Assembly (NCBI GenBank): GCA_030599585.1
Contig: JAUVNS010000002.1
Span: forward strand, 160,001-224,000
DNA: 64,000 nucleotides
Direction of reading: 5' to 3'
From: Promethearchaeota archaeon
Lineage (GTDB): Archaea > Asgardarchaeota > Lokiarchaeia > Sigyniarchaeales > SOKP01
The position numbers and the translations under genes were made by a program. Below are positions 29,294-40,536 of this stretch, piece after piece. The notes below the pieces were generated by a model. It saw nothing but the letters and a program-made list of their open reading frames with translations. It did no database searches and was not told where the DNA came from. Every line of letters starts with the position of its first letter. Position 1 is the first letter of the stretch.

Positions 29294-30688
29294 TTATTTT
29301 CGGTAATTTGGATGGAATTTCTTTAATATTTCGGGATCGATTCTAGCGAGTTCTGACTCGGGTAATATTGATAGGAGATCCCAACCGATGTTAAGAGTAG
29401 TCTCGATATCACGGTTTTCATAATACCCTTGGTTGATGAATTCCTTCTCGAAACGATCCATAAATTTGAGATACAGTTTGTCTGTATCTGTCAACGCCTT
29501 TTCTCCCGAGACCATAGCCGTTCCTTGGATTATTTTTCCCTCAGCATAGGCATAATAAATTTGGTCTGACAATTGCTTGTGATCCTCCCTTGTTTTATTC
29601 AAGCCAATGCCCTTATCCATCAATCTGGATAAACATGGTAAAGGATCTATGGGGGGATAGATTCCCCTTTTGAACATATTTCGGTTCAAGATAATCTGGC
29701 CTTCTGTAATATAATTTGTTAGATCTGAGATCGGGTGCGTTACATCATCGTCAGGCATCGTCAAAATTGGGATCATAGTTATTGATCCTTTCTTTCCTCG
29801 GATTATACCTGCTCTCTCATATAACATAGCCAAGTCCGTGTACATATAACCTGGATACCCGCGACGTCCTGGAATCTCCAAGCGAGAAGCGGAAATTTCA
29901 CGTAGTGCTTCGCAATAATTGGTCATGTCAACCAAAATGACGAGTACATGGTGGTCATGCTGGTATGCAAGGTATTCGGCAGTGGTTAATGCAAACCTCG
30001 GAGTGAGCAGTCTCTCGATGGCAGGGTCTTCAGCGAGATTGATGAACATAACAACTCTTCCAATCGCCCCCATTTTCAAAAAATCATCTCTAAATAACAC
30101 CATTTCATCAGAAGTTATACCCATCGCGGCAAACACGATCGTGAATGGCTCATCTGACCCTGGAACTCTTGTTTGACTCACAATTTGGGAAGCAAGTCGT
30201 TTATGCGGCATCCCCGACCCAGAAAGAAGTGGGAGCTTTTGTCCCAGCAATAAAGTGTTTAAACCATCGATCACGGAAATCCCAGTTTGGATAAACTTTG
30301 TGGGGAATGTGCGTGAATACGGATTGATCGTTGCGGCGTGCACATTAAGATAATCCTCTGGAATTATATCTGGACCATTATCTATTGGTTTGCCGACTCC
30401 TGAAAATATACGACCAAGCATATCAGTAGAAACTGCTAACTTTATATTATCACCCGTAAAACGAATTCCTGTAGATCCAACGCTCAATCCAGATGTTTTC
30501 TCGAATACTTGAATAACCGTGAACTTATCACTCACGTCGATGACCTGACCAGTTTTTTCCTCACCGTCTCGGGTCAAAATTTTTACAACCTCACCAAAAC
30601 CGATCCCAACCACGGATTCACATATTAATAGTGAACCCTCAATTTCATTGACTGTAAAAAAATTTATATTTTTGTTGGATTTAGTCAT
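29294..30688 (-). CDS. atpB: A/V-type ATPase subunit B
   Basis: [40 protein letters not shown]; start MTKSN at 30688 overlaps the atpA stop. Confidence 0.95.
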   Translation of the reverse strand: MTKSNKNINFFTVNEIEGSLLICESVVGIGFGEVVKILTRDGEEKTGQVIDVSDKFTVIQVFEKTSGLSVGSTGIRFTGDNIKLAVSTDMLGRIFSGVGKPIDNGPDIIPEDYLNVHAATINPYSRTFPTKFIQTGISVIDGLNTLLLGQKLPLLSGSGMPHKRLASQIVSQTRVPGSDEPFTIVFAAMGITSDEMVLFRDDFLKMGAIGRVVMFINLAEDPAIERLLTPRFALTTAEYLAYQHDHHVLVILVDMTNYCEALREISASRLEIPGRRGYPGYMYTDLAMLYERAGIIRGKKGSITMIPILTMPDDDVTHPISDLTNYITEGQIILNRNMFKRGIYPPIDPLPCLSRLMDKGIGLNKTREDHKQLSDQIYYAYAEGKIIQGTAMVSGEKALTDTDKLYLKFMDRFEKEFINQGYYENRDIETTLNIGWDLLSILPESELARIDPEILKKFHPNYRK

Positions 30689-32471
30689 TATTATTCTCCT
30701 CCTTTGCTTCTTGAATAAGGATCTCAAAATCCTTATCCATATCGGCTAAAAGCTTCGAATTATATGCATCGAATTCATTCATTGGAATGATTTTCATCCG
30801 ACTTATCCCTACTTTAACAGGAAGGGCTAATATTTTTTGTAATGGTACTTCCAATTCTATCGCAGCTCTGGTTTTTTCGTTAAACTTGAGTAAGGTTCTA
30901 AGCATTTTATAGGTTTTTTGAATGGGACAATATACATCAACTGGATGGTAGGCACTCTGCAACAGGAAATTTTCTTTCAACATCTTTGCTACTTCAAAAA
31001 CACCTCGTTGTTTATCACCTAAAATGTCGGCTCCAATAAGTGCCACGATTTCTTTGAGTTCTTCCTCCTCTCGCAACAATGCTCTCGCATCTCCACACAA
31101 TCTTTGCCAATCCCTATCAACACGTAAGAACCAATCTTCGAGAAAAGACATGTATTCGGAATAGCTCATGAACCAGTTGATAGCAGGATAATGCCTGCGA
31201 TGAGCAAGATTGAAATCAAGTGCCCAAAATACTTTGGCTAATCGGAGCGTGTTTCTTGTTACTGGCTCGGAGAAATCGCCTCCAGGTGGAGAAATTGCCG
31301 ATAATACGGTGATTGAGCCTTCTCTTTCATCCGAACCGAGTGTTTTTACGCTTCCCGCACGCGAATAATATTCAGCTAAGCGAGATGAAAGATAAGCGGG
31401 ATACCCTTCCTCACCGGGCATCTCTTCTAACCGCCCAGAAATTTCACGAAGCGCTTCGGCCCACCGCGATGTGGAATCTGCCATTATTGCAACATTGTAC
31501 CCCATATCCCTGTAATATTCAGCGATCGTAATACCGCTATAGATACTTGCTTCTCTTGCAAGGATTGGCATATTTGACGTGTTTGCTATTAAGACTGATC
31601 TACTCAAAAGCGGATGATCTGATCCAGTTTTTTTGAGATGACTGAATCTTTCTAGAACCTCTGCCATCTCGTTCCCGCGTTCACCACAACCTATATACAC
31701 AATAATATCTGCATCGATCCACACCGCAATTGTTTGTAACAAGACTGTTTTTCCTGTTCCAAATCCACCAGTAACAGCTGTGATCCCTCCCTTAGCAACT
31801 GGGAAGAAAGAATCGATGATACGCTGACCAGTTAAAAGTGGTGTGTCTATATGGAGCATTTCCTTGTATGGACGTGCCTGCCGAACAGGCCATGTTTGCA
31901 TCAAGAATACTTCCTTAATTCCATTATGCGTCTTGATCTCAGCAATTGGTTCAGTGACAGTGAAATCTCCCTCGGAATTAATGGTTTCCACGACTCCGAC
32001 GACTTCTGGGGGAACCATGATTTTATTTTCAATGGAGGGTGTTTCTTGTACTACACCAAGGATATCACCGCTGGTAACCTTGGCACCTTTCGAAATTATT
32101 GGTTTAAATTGCCATTTTTTTTTGCGATCGATTGCAGGAACCTCGATGCCCTTTTCAATCCATGGACCAATTTTTTTTGCAATCAAAGGGAGCGGTCGTT
32201 GAATTCCATCGAGAATTTGTCCCATAAGCCCGGGACCAAGCTCCACAGACAGTAGATTCCCAGTGCCGATAACTTTTCCACCGAGTTTTATCCCTTCCGT
32301 TTCTTCGTAGGCTTGGATAATTCCCGTGTTCCCTGAGACGCGGATTACTTCTCCAATGATGCCAGCCTCCCCTATTTTAACAAGTTCAAACATTTTTACA
32401 TTAGGCATACCCTTCGCCGTGACAAATGAACCGGCAATACGGGATATCGTACCAATTGTTGTTTCTGCCAA
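30681..32471 (-). CDS. atpA: A/V-type ATPase catalytic subunit A
   Basis: P-loop [40 protein letters not shown]; TTG at 32471 (MAETTIG) avoids overlap with atpF. Confidence 0.95.
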   Translation of the reverse strand: MAETTIGTISRIAGSFVTAKGMPNVKMFELVKIGEAGIIGEVIRVSGNTGIIQAYEETEGIKLGGKVIGTGNLLSVELGPGLMGQILDGIQRPLPLIAKKIGPWIEKGIEVPAIDRKKKWQFKPIISKGAKVTSGDILGVVQETPSIENKIMVPPEVVGVVETINSEGDFTVTEPIAEIKTHNGIKEVFLMQTWPVRQARPYKEMLHIDTPLLTGQRIIDSFFPVAKGGITAVTGGFGTGKTVLLQTIAVWIDADIIVYIGCGERGNEMAEVLERFSHLKKTGSDHPLLSRSVLIANTSNMPILAREASIYSGITIAEYYRDMGYNVAIMADSTSRWAEALREISGRLEEMPGEEGYPAYLSSRLAEYYSRAGSVKTLGSDEREGSITVLSAISPPGGDFSEPVTRNTLRLAKVFWALDFNLAHRRHYPAINWFMSYSEYMSFLEDWFLRVDRDWQRLCGDARALLREEEELKEIVALIGADILGDKQRGVFEVAKMLKENFLLQSAYHPVDVYCPIQKTYKMLRTLLKFNEKTRAAIELEVPLQKILALPVKVGISRMKIIPMNEFDAYNSKLLADMDKDFEILIQEAKEENNND

Positions 32472-32487
32472 GATATAATTCCCTTTT

Positions 32488-32796
32488 TTATTCTGATTTG
32501 AGTTCAATACCTGTTTTTCTTCTAATAAGCTCCGTGATAGTATCTGTAATAGGTTGGGAGGAGTCTCCAAGAGCTGGAATTGAAATGATTATAGGGAACT
32601 CATGTTCTTCTATGATTTCATTAATAAGTGCCCGATTTTTGTTGGCTATGTAATCCGTCGTGATTAGAATCGTATACTCTGGTTTTTCAATGAGTTCTTG
32701 CAGATGTTGCTTCGCCTCCTCGGGATTATTAGCCACGAATACATGCTCCAATCCGCCTAACTTGAAGAAACTTACCGTATCAACATCGGCAATCAA
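32488..32796 (-). CDS. atpF: A/V-type ATPase subunit F
   Basis: IADVDTVSFFKLGG, PIIISIP, IRRKTGIEL; true start uncertain (see findings). Confidence 0.88.
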   Translation of the reverse strand: MIADVDTVSFFKLGGLEHVFVANNPEEAKQHLQELIEKPEYTILITTDYIANKNRALINEIIEEHEFPIIISIPALGDSSQPITDTITELIRRKTGIELKSE

Positions 32797-32835
32797 TGCT
32801 ATTTTTATAAGACATCACGGTTTTTTTTTAATTAT

Positions 32836-33462
32836 TCATGTAAATAATGTCTGTGCTATTTTAAATCGGATCTCGCTTTCAGAATTATTCAACATGCCTT
32901 CAAATGTGTTATTCAAAACAATTTTACCATCAGTCGTTTGGATTATCACTCCGCCAATTGCATCTATTTTTTTTGCAGATTTCGTGATATTGGTCTTTTT
33001 CCCCGTTTTCTCGCCTATTATCTCTGCCAATTTATCCAAATCCAGCGGAAGAGTTGAATCCCTTCCATTCAAGATCACTTCCAGGTCTGTTGCACCCAGG
33101 ATAATGCCTCCTTCCACGATGAGGTTTTCGAGGACATGAAAGTATTTATCCGTATTTATATGCGTGCGTAGCTCGTCCTTTACTTGGTTTAGAACGTTTT
33201 CGATCAATTCGTGTTTTTTCTCGAGAATCAACCATTTTGCTTTACTTTCGGCTGAAATTGTGTCGCGTAACTTGATTAGCTCGAAGTCGTTTTGTGCTTT
33301 TTTATCTATTGAAATAATAATCTCCCTCGCCCTTTCCCTACCTTTTTTTCGTTGCTCTTCTATGGTGCTTTGAACCGTTATTTTCACATCTTGGATGATT
33401 TTTTCAGCTGTTTCATGTGCCTCGGACAATAAGGCTTCTATTAACGCATCAGCCGATGTCAT
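32836..33462 (-). CDS. atpE: A/V-type ATPase subunit E
   Basis: N-terminal coiled coil, IGGVII...DGKIVLNNTFE. Confidence 0.9.
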   Translation of the reverse strand: MTSADALIEALLSEAHETAEKIIQDVKITVQSTIEEQRKKGRERAREIIISIDKKAQNDFELIKLRDTISAESKAKWLILEKKHELIENVLNQVKDELRTHINTDKYFHVLENLIVEGGIILGATDLEVILNGRDSTLPLDLDKLAEIIGEKTGKKTNITKSAKKIDAIGGVIIQTTDGKIVLNNTFEGMLNNSESEIRFKIAQTLFT

Positions 33463-33803
33463 TTTTTCTCGCTCCTGTTGAATATTATGTCTAGAACATT
33501 ATTTACTGCTTTCTCGTGATTGATCTTTGCCTTGATTTCAATTTCTTTTGCTTGTTGCTCTCCTTTGCTTAGGATCTGTTTTATACGTTGATCGATTCCC
33601 AAGCTGCTGCTGTTTAGCAACTCATCAGCTCTTTTCTCCGCCTGGGCAATTTCGGCAAGATAGGCCTCTTCATTTACGGCTACTGATTTCTCTAACAAAC
33701 CTTGCTTGATCTTTTGAGCCTCGATAGAAGCTTCACCTATTATTTTTTTAGCTTCCTGTTGTTTTTCTTTTATTTTTTTCAAAACTTCAAGCATGAATAG
33801 CAC
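33459..33803 (-). CDS. A/V-type ATPase subunit H/G (peripheral stalk)
   Basis: LKKIKEKQQEAKKII..A, Ala-rich coiled coil, KAVNNVLDII; ATGA overlap with atpE. Confidence 0.8.
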   Translation of the reverse strand: MLFMLEVLKKIKEKQQEAKKIIGEASIEAQKIKQGLLEKSVAVNEEAYLAEIAQAEKRADELLNSSSLGIDQRIKQILSKGEQQAKEIEIKAKINHEKAVNNVLDIIFNRSEKK

Positions 33804-34027
33804 CTATAATATTCTTATTTCAATCCTTTTCTCCATCACAACAAGTATTGCTTCAGTATGAAAGGGATTATTGACATTTAAATTATTCCACCAGCTGGAG
33901 TTCGTTATTTTTTTCCACAGTAACGATCATCTTTTGTAGAATAGCCAGAGCTATATAGAATTTATTCGAAGAAACAGACATTTTTACCTTCCCCATTAAT
34001 GAATGTTGAAAAGATAAAAGAATATTT

Positions 34028-35881
34028 TTAATGAACGGTTACCGTCTTACTAAGATTTAATGGTTTATCGGGATCTAGATCATGAGCTAAGGCAGCATAA
34101 TAGGCTAATAATTGTAAGGCAGGCATGAAAGTAATTGGGCTGAAAAGATTATGATATTTATCAGCGGGTTGAGGAATTCGAATTGTTATATCGCTTAATT
34201 TTGTTATTTTTTCATCGCTTTCCACAACGACGGAAATAATTCTTCCACCTCGAGATTTGAACTCCATTACGTTCCCAACTAACCTATTATATGTCTCGTC
34301 TGGAGGAGCTATAAATATTATAGGAAATCCTTCTCTTACCAAAGAGATTGGTCCATGTTTAGCAGAAGCTGCAGAATAACCTTCGATAAACCGACAAGCA
34401 ACTTCCTTCAATTTTAATCCTCCTTCTTTGGCAGTTGCGATTGAAATACCTCGTGCTAAAAAGAAATAATTCATATTTTTTTCTAAATGGTTTACGATAT
34501 ATTTAATTAAATCAACATTTTTTTCAAGGAATTGTTCAATGATATTAGGAATTCCAGTTAAAGCATCGTAGTATTTTATTATTTCTTCATCAGATATTTT
34601 TTTTCTAATTTTAGCGATTGAAACTGCTATCAAAGCAAGAGCAAGAACTTGCGTGCTATACGTTTTTGTTGCTGCAACACCAATCTCAGGTCCCGCATTT
34701 GTTACGATCACGTGATCGGAATACCTAGTAATGGATGAGCCTACTACATTAGTAATCGTTAGAATTTTAACACCTTTTGTTTTTTTTGCCCACCTAATCG
34801 CTTCAATCGTATCAATTGTTTCGCCTGATTGTGAGATTGCGATAATTACGGAATTTTCTTGTAAACTACCATTTAATTGGGTCTCAAATTCAGAGCATTC
34901 GATATCTTGAATGTTTTTATTAAGAAATCTAGAAATTATAAATTTGCCTGCTAGTGCTGCGTGATAAGATGTACCCGCTGCTGTGATATATATGTTATTT
35001 GCTGATATTAAAGCGTTTGCAAACTTACTTAAAATTTGCTCTGAAATTTTCATGGTAAGCCTTAGCGCATTTGGTTCTTCGAAAATTTCTTTTAGCATAA
35101 AATGCTCATAACCCCCCTTTTCTGCCGCATCAATATTCCATTCGATGGTTTGAATTTCTTTTTTAATCAATTCATTATTGTTTTTAAGATCAAAAAATTC
35201 TACTTCTCCCGCCTTCAAAACAGCAAGTTCGTTATCTTCCATTATATAACATTTTTTTGTATAAGGTAAAAAAGCAGGAATATCTGAAGAGCAATAAGTT
35301 GTTTTTCCTTCTTCTATTCCAATTATTAAAGGAGATTCTTTTCGAGCGGCTATAATTAAATCAGGATAATTAACCTGACAAACTGCAATTGCATATGCTC
35401 CCTTGCATTTTTTTAACGCATTTATAGTTGCGTCCTTAAGACTATTACCTTTTTTCATAAAATCTTCAATTAAATGGGGAATTACTTCAGAATCAGTCTC
35501 AGATTTAAATATATGTCCTAGAGAAGTAAGTTCATCTCGTAATTCTATAAAATTCTCTATTATTCCATTATGGACAACTGCAATCTCGCTTAAACAATCT
35601 AGATGTGGGTGGCTATTTTGTTTAGTAGGTGCTCCATGAGTAGCCCATCTTGTATGGGCTAATGCAAGTTTTGAATCCCTCGGAAATTCATCTAATTTGA
35701 CTCTTTTATGGATATCATCAATTTTTCCAGCTTCTTTTTTAATAAATAGTTTTGAATTATAAAGTGAAACAATACCACATGAATCATAACCACGGTATTC
35801 TAAACGTTTTATTCCTTCAAAAACCACTTTTCCTACTGAGATTTCTTGATTGTTTGTAACTATTCCAAAAATACCACACAT
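34028..35881 (-). CDS. glmS: Glutamine-fructose-6-phosphate aminotransferase
   Basis: MCGIFG, LEYRGYDS, HTRWATHG, SQSGET, GPEIGVAATKT, NLSKTVT. Confidence 0.96.
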   Translation of the reverse strand: MCGIFGIVTNNQEISVGKVVFEGIKRLEYRGYDSCGIVSLYNSKLFIKKEAGKIDDIHKRVKLDEFPRDSKLALAHTRWATHGAPTKQNSHPHLDCLSEIAVVHNGIIENFIELRDELTSLGHIFKSETDSEVIPHLIEDFMKKGNSLKDATINALKKCKGAYAIAVCQVNYPDLIIAARKESPLIIGIEEGKTTYCSSDIPAFLPYTKKCYIMEDNELAVLKAGEVEFFDLKNNNELIKKEIQTIEWNIDAAEKGGYEHFMLKEIFEEPNALRLTMKISEQILSKFANALISANNIYITAAGTSYHAALAGKFIISRFLNKNIQDIECSEFETQLNGSLQENSVIIAISQSGETIDTIEAIRWAKKTKGVKILTITNVVGSSITRYSDHVIVTNAGPEIGVAATKTYSTQVLALALIAVSIAKIRKKISDEEIIKYYDALTGIPNIIEQFLEKNVDLIKYIVNHLEKNMNYFFLARGISIATAKEGGLKLKEVACRFIEGYSAASAKHGPISLVREGFPIIFIAPPDETYNRLVGNVMEFKSRGGRIISVVVESDEKITKLSDITIRIPQPADKYHNLFSPITFMPALQLLAYYAALAHDLDPDKPLNLSKTVTVH

Positions 35882-36018
35882 TAAAAAAAGAAAGGAATAA
35901 AAAATTTAAATAGGTTTTTTTTATGGATTATATAAATCAACTGTAAAATGTGATAATATCTATATTTAATTCTTGAAATTATAAATATATTAGATTAGGA
36001 TTTTAAATTTAATATTTT

Positions 36019-39000
36019 TTATTGATTGAAATTTAACCGGTTAAAAGTATTAGCAACCCAAAATCGATAAGGGGAAGCCCATATAGCAAATAACTTTTCA
36101 GATTTTTTTAGATGTTTTAAAGCCTTCTTTAATTTTCCTTCTGCAAGTGCTTGAATACCTCTTACATAAGTCTTTGCTGATCTTACATGCAGATTATTGA
36201 TATTCTGAGAATAGTTTATTGCATCGTTACATAATTTAATTGCTTCATAATATTCTTTTCTACGTATACAAATCTCAGCCAATTCTCCATAGGAAGTAAT
36301 GGCAGATGCTTTTTCTCCAGCTAGAATGAATTCTTCTAAAATTTCTTTAAATATTTGTTTCAATTCTCCGGAATTAATATCTGGATTAATCAATGAAAGC
36401 TTAGCATTAGCATTTTTTATATCGCGTTCAGCATGTGCATTTTCTGCCATTTTTAACCACATTTCCCAGGATTCTTTTGCAAGAGAGAAATTATTTGTTT
36501 GATAGCCAATGCTACCTCGAATCTTCAACATACCAATTATCTCAGATTTATTTGAAGGAATTAAATCACTGTTCTTTAAATTACGATTCTCATCTACTCC
36601 TTGTTCTGCAGATTTATATAGTTCAAATGAATCATCATAAAGTTTAAGCGCTTTTTTAAAATTTCCTAAACCATGTTCAGCTATACCTTTAGTGATCAAA
36701 CTTTTTATTAAGATATTAGTATCATTTATGGATCGAGCAATTTTTTCAGCTTTTTCGATGTATAGAAAGAGATCATCCAGGTTGCCCATATATCGTTCAG
36801 TTGTACCGAGATGCCATAAAATATTCGCTTCTAGCTTTTTATTTTTCTTAATAAGAACTAATTCTAAAGCTTTCTTACATAGTTTTTCTGATTTTTTATA
36901 TTGTCCTCGATGCAATAATGTTCGAGCAAAACTGTATAAATAAAGCGCTTTTTTATCAATTAAATTCAAGCTTTCTGCAGATTTTATACCTATAGCTAAA
37001 AATTTTTCTATATGAGTCCAATAACATTGGTTCTCTATTTCTTCAAGCGTGTCATCGACTAGACCAATAACATTTTCATGTTTATTGATGTTAAATAACC
37101 ATTTACCTATTGGTTCTATCTCTTCAATATGTTTTGCAAGATCTCCTTTATTGTCTTTACTTACATTTATTAAACATTCAGCAGCTTGCTGTACTATGAG
37201 AGACTCCTCTTCCTTTTCATTATCATTAAATCGGCTGGGTAATGAATGCATAAGATTATAAGGTAACTCAGAAATCTTACGAGGATTAATTTTTTGCTTT
37301 CCAAAATAACGAGCTAAAATTAAATGATTCCTTTTTCTAACTTTCTTTGTTAAATAATATTTAATTATTGCTTTCTGAAATTGACTGTGAAAAAAATTGA
37401 GCGTATATGTTCCATCTGCTCTACGATTAGTTAAGTATGGTTCAATATCATGATAAAATCGAGACCATAATACGATAGGTAGTTTTATTTTCCCGTTATA
37501 AGTGATTAATTTATGTCTAGATTGAATATCAAAATCTTTTAATACATCCGGATCATCCGAAAGTATGTCAATAATTTCATCTTCTGTAAGTCCATTTTTA
37601 GCAACAGCCAAATAACTTAAGCTGTTGGAGACAAATACTTGACCATGGTTTGTATCTAAAGATAGCCATTTAAACAAATCTATAATAATGCTTGGAATAC
37701 TAGTACTAATTTTTGTTTTTTCAGGTTCAGTATAAGATTTCCAATGTCGTGATTTTTCAAATGCTAGTTTAAGATATAAAGGTAACCCACAATTATAGAA
37801 TTTACTAATAATTTCTTTATTTTGATGAGTTTGAAGGGTTCTATTAGCACCTTTTAACCATAAATTTAGTAATTCTTGACCTTCAACCTGAGACATATAT
37901 TTTAATTCAATGAAATTTATATCTGGTAATCTCATTTTAAGTAAATCAAGGTGTTTACCATGTGTAGTTGATACGATTATTCGAACATAATTAGGCAAAG
38001 TAAAAGGAAGCCAAGTAAGATTTTGCCCTTCATCAAAGCTTGAAATCTGATCTAAAGCGTCTAAAATGATGATTAAAGGTTGATGCTCCCTAGCTATAGA
38101 TAGGATATTCTTGAATTCAAAATTAAGTTCTTTATAAATAAAGGGAACATTGGACTCCTCCTTACCATACACCCTATATATTTGATGAACAACATTTTCT
38201 AATAAATCCCGACAATTTGAGGAATTAGGTGTTATACCAAAAAATCTTATTATAATATTAGCGCTCGAGTTTATTTCACTGATTATTTTAGCAATTTGAG
38301 CCATCAACGCTGATTTTCCTGAACCGGAATCACCATAAACCACTAGGGGATGATCGTTCTCATTTAAAACATAGTCTTCAATTCTTGTTAATATCTCTTT
38401 TCTTCCAGTAAAGTTTTCCCGGCGTTCTTTTGCAAATCTTTTGTGCTCTTCAACTTCTCTAGCAAGAGAGTCTATTTCTTTGAATTTTGCAATTTCCTTT
38501 AATATTATTTCTGATAGTACATCATACACATTATCGCAGAATAAATTAATATCATAATTTCCAATTCCTTTTTTGTCCCAAACTACAGGATACTCCTTGA
38601 TATTATTTGGGATTTTCTTTCTTAATTTGTCTTTCAGTTTCGTTAATAATTCTTGTGTTTTTTGATTAATATTACCTTTTTCATCTAAATCAACAAACCC
38701 TCCCATTTTTGGGTCTAAGGGGGTCTCTATATTCCGGAAGAAACCAAAAACATGATCATAATTATCTTCAATTTTCAATGCACCATTAAAAATTTCTTGT
38801 TCCGTAGCTGAGGACTCATATTTAATGCGTTCCTCTTCTTTTAAATTTATTTTTTTAATAGCATTAAGAAGGATATTTCGAAGTTTACGCTCAACTAGCG
38901 CCCATTCTTCGTCAGTTTCATAAATTTCTTCCCTTGGTTGGAGAATATAAACAGAGGGCACAGAATTTTTATCTAGACGATACCATTTCTTAAGAATATC

Positions 39001-39372
39001 ATGTTCGTATTTTTGGTGGTTATTAATTTTATTTGTATTTTTTAAAATAGATATAAAAGATTCCTCAGGAATCTTATATGGCAAAGGTCTCCAACCATAT
39101 CGATTTCCTAATAAAATTAAGAAATTTGGTCGTGGGTTGACATTTTGACATCGTTTAATCTCTTCTATACAAATTTCTAACGCTTTATGATCAAGAGCAG
39201 CTTCTTTACGAACCCCCCATCGAAGATCAATGGCTTGAAAGCGAGCTCCGTGTAGTAGACAAAGTTCACGTAACTTAGGAAAAACTTGTTCGTGCAATTT
39301 ATTACGTTCATTTATCATATCTTCAAAAGTTGAACTTACAAAAATTCGGAATGTTCTATTAATATTCGTCAT
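36019..39372 (-). CDS. STAND NTPase: DUF4062 + NACHT + TPR (NWD/TEP1-like)
   Basis: IFVSSTF.DM..ER, IDLRWGV, LLGNRYG, Walker A GDSGSGKS, Walker B IILDALD, LPLYLKL, C-terminal TPR-like repeats. Confidence 0.88.
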   Translation of the reverse strand: MTNINRTFRIFVSSTFEDMINERNKLHEQVFPKLRELCLLHGARFQAIDLRWGVRKEAALDHKALEICIEEIKRCQNVNPRPNFLILLGNRYGWRPLPYKIPEESFISILKNTNKINNHQKYEHDILKKWYRLDKNSVPSVYILQPREEIYETDEEWALVERKLRNILLNAIKKINLKEEERIKYESSATEQEIFNGALKIEDNYDHVFGFFRNIETPLDPKMGGFVDLDEKGNINQKTQELLTKLKDKLRKKIPNNIKEYPVVWDKKGIGNYDINLFCDNVYDVLSEIILKEIAKFKEIDSLAREVEEHKRFAKERRENFTGRKEILTRIEDYVLNENDHPLVVYGDSGSGKSALMAQIAKIISEINSSANIIIRFFGITPNSSNCRDLLENVVHQIYRVYGKEESNVPFIYKELNFEFKNILSIAREHQPLIIILDALDQISSFDEGQNLTWLPFTLPNYVRIIVSTTHGKHLDLLKMRLPDINFIELKYMSQVEGQELLNLWLKGANRTLQTHQNKEIISKFYNCGLPLYLKLAFEKSRHWKSYTEPEKTKISTSIPSIIIDLFKWLSLDTNHGQVFVSNSLSYLAVAKNGLTEDEIIDILSDDPDVLKDFDIQSRHKLITYNGKIKLPIVLWSRFYHDIEPYLTNRRADGTYTLNFFHSQFQKAIIKYYLTKKVRKRNHLILARYFGKQKINPRKISELPYNLMHSLPSRFNDNEKEEESLIVQQAAECLINVSKDNKGDLAKHIEEIEPIGKWLFNINKHENVIGLVDDTLEEIENQCYWTHIEKFLAIGIKSAESLNLIDKKALYLYSFARTLLHRGQYKKSEKLCKKALELVLIKKNKKLEANILWHLGTTERYMGNLDDLFLYIEKAEKIARSINDTNILIKSLITKGIAEHGLGNFKKALKLYDDSFELYKSAEQGVDENRNLKNSDLIPSNKSEIIGMLKIRGSIGYQTNNFSLAKESWEMWLKMAENAHAERDIKNANAKLSLINPDINSGELKQIFKEILEEFILAGEKASAITSYGELAEICIRRKEYYEAIKLCNDAINYSQNINNLHVRSAKTYVRGIQALAEGKLKKALKHLKKSEKLFAIWASPYRFWVANTFNRLNFNQ

Positions 39373-39539
39373 TTAAAGCACGAAATTTCTAAAATTTAAT
39401 TCAGCTATCTGATTAGTTGGTATTAAATGAGACATATTTATATAAATTTTAATAAAAATAAGGTTTGTAAAGTCCCTATAATTAAATTTTTATTAAAGAG
39501 AACTTTTTTTAGTATAAAATATATTTAAGAGAATTAATA

Positions 39540-40502
39540 ATGGCAATTAAAGTAATAGTAACAGATAATTTTGAAAAGTTAAGTGAGGTTGCGGCAGAAA
39601 TCGTAAAAGAACAAATCATTCAAGGATTACAAGATAAGAGTGAATATGTTTTAGGGCTTGCAACAGGAAATTCACCAACAGGTCTTTATAAAGAACTTGC
39701 TAAAATGGCAAACGCTAAAAAATTCGACAGCAGCAAGGTTCGCAGTTTTAATCTCGATGAATATATTGGTCTTCCGGGAGAAAATGCTCAACAACGCACG
39801 ATACATCCACAAAGTTATTGTTACTTTATGATTAAAGAATTCTTTGGGCTTCTTAGCGATAAATTCATTGAAACAACTTTGCCTTACGCTTGTTTGATTG
39901 ATCAAAAAAAACTTATTGAAGAATTATCATCCCATACTGAAGATTGGACCGAATTAGGAACTGATTCCGGAAAATCAATCAATATTAAGGATAACGCTTC
40001 TTCTGAATACTTAAATTGGATTCGTAAAACAGTTTTAGATGGATACGCCCAAAAAATTGAAAAATCGGGTGGTATTGATTTACAGATAATTGGAGTTGGT
40101 GGACGTGGTCATGTGGCATTCCACGAATCAGGAATTCCCTTTGAAGGAAGTAAAGTCATGTTAATAAAACTTGATAAAAATACAGTAACTAATGCAGTAA
40201 TCGATGGACAATTTAGCTCAGAAAATGAATGCCCTCGTTATGCTATCAGTATGGGTGCTGAGTTAGTATATAAGTCGAAAACTGTGTTGTTATTAGCTAA
40301 TGGAGAACGAAAAACTGAATCTGTTACTGAATCATTACTAAATGCACCTACTCCAGATGTTCCTATATCTTATGGTCAGAGATATTCCGAAAAAGCGGGC
40401 AATTTAATTTATGTTTTGGATAAGATTGCTGGCCGAGAACTTCTTGCTAACAGAAAAAAGCTTGAACAAAAAGGAATAGAAATTGAAATTAGAAACGGTT
40501 AA
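39540..40502 (+). CDS. nagB: Glucosamine-6-phosphate deaminase (divergent, with insertion)
   Basis: LGLATGNSP, FNLDEYIGL, GGIDLQIIGVG, GHVAFHE, AISMG. Confidence 0.85.
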   Translation: MAIKVIVTDNFEKLSEVAAEIVKEQIIQGLQDKSEYVLGLATGNSPTGLYKELAKMANAKKFDSSKVRSFNLDEYIGLPGENAQQRTIHPQSYCYFMIKEFFGLLSDKFIETTLPYACLIDQKKLIEELSSHTEDWTELGTDSGKSINIKDNASSEYLNWIRKTVLDGYAQKIEKSGGIDLQIIGVGGRGHVAFHESGIPFEGSKVMLIKLDKNTVTNAVIDGQFSSENECPRYAISMGAELVYKSKTVLLLANGERKTESVTESLLNAPTPDVPISYGQRYSEKAGNLIYVLDKIAGRELLANRKKLEQKGIEIEIRNG

Positions 40503-40536
40503 TTTTAAATATAGAAATTAAGGTTTAACAAAAACT

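Noticed and set aside
30689-32570. Long N-terminal extensions of AtpA (from 32570) and AtpB (from 30727) in the ORF track
   Set aside because: They overlap upstream genes; homology begins at 32471 and 30688.
33883-33996. 37-aa minus-strand ORF upstream of the ATPase H subunit
   Set aside because: Short, with no motif or other supporting signal.
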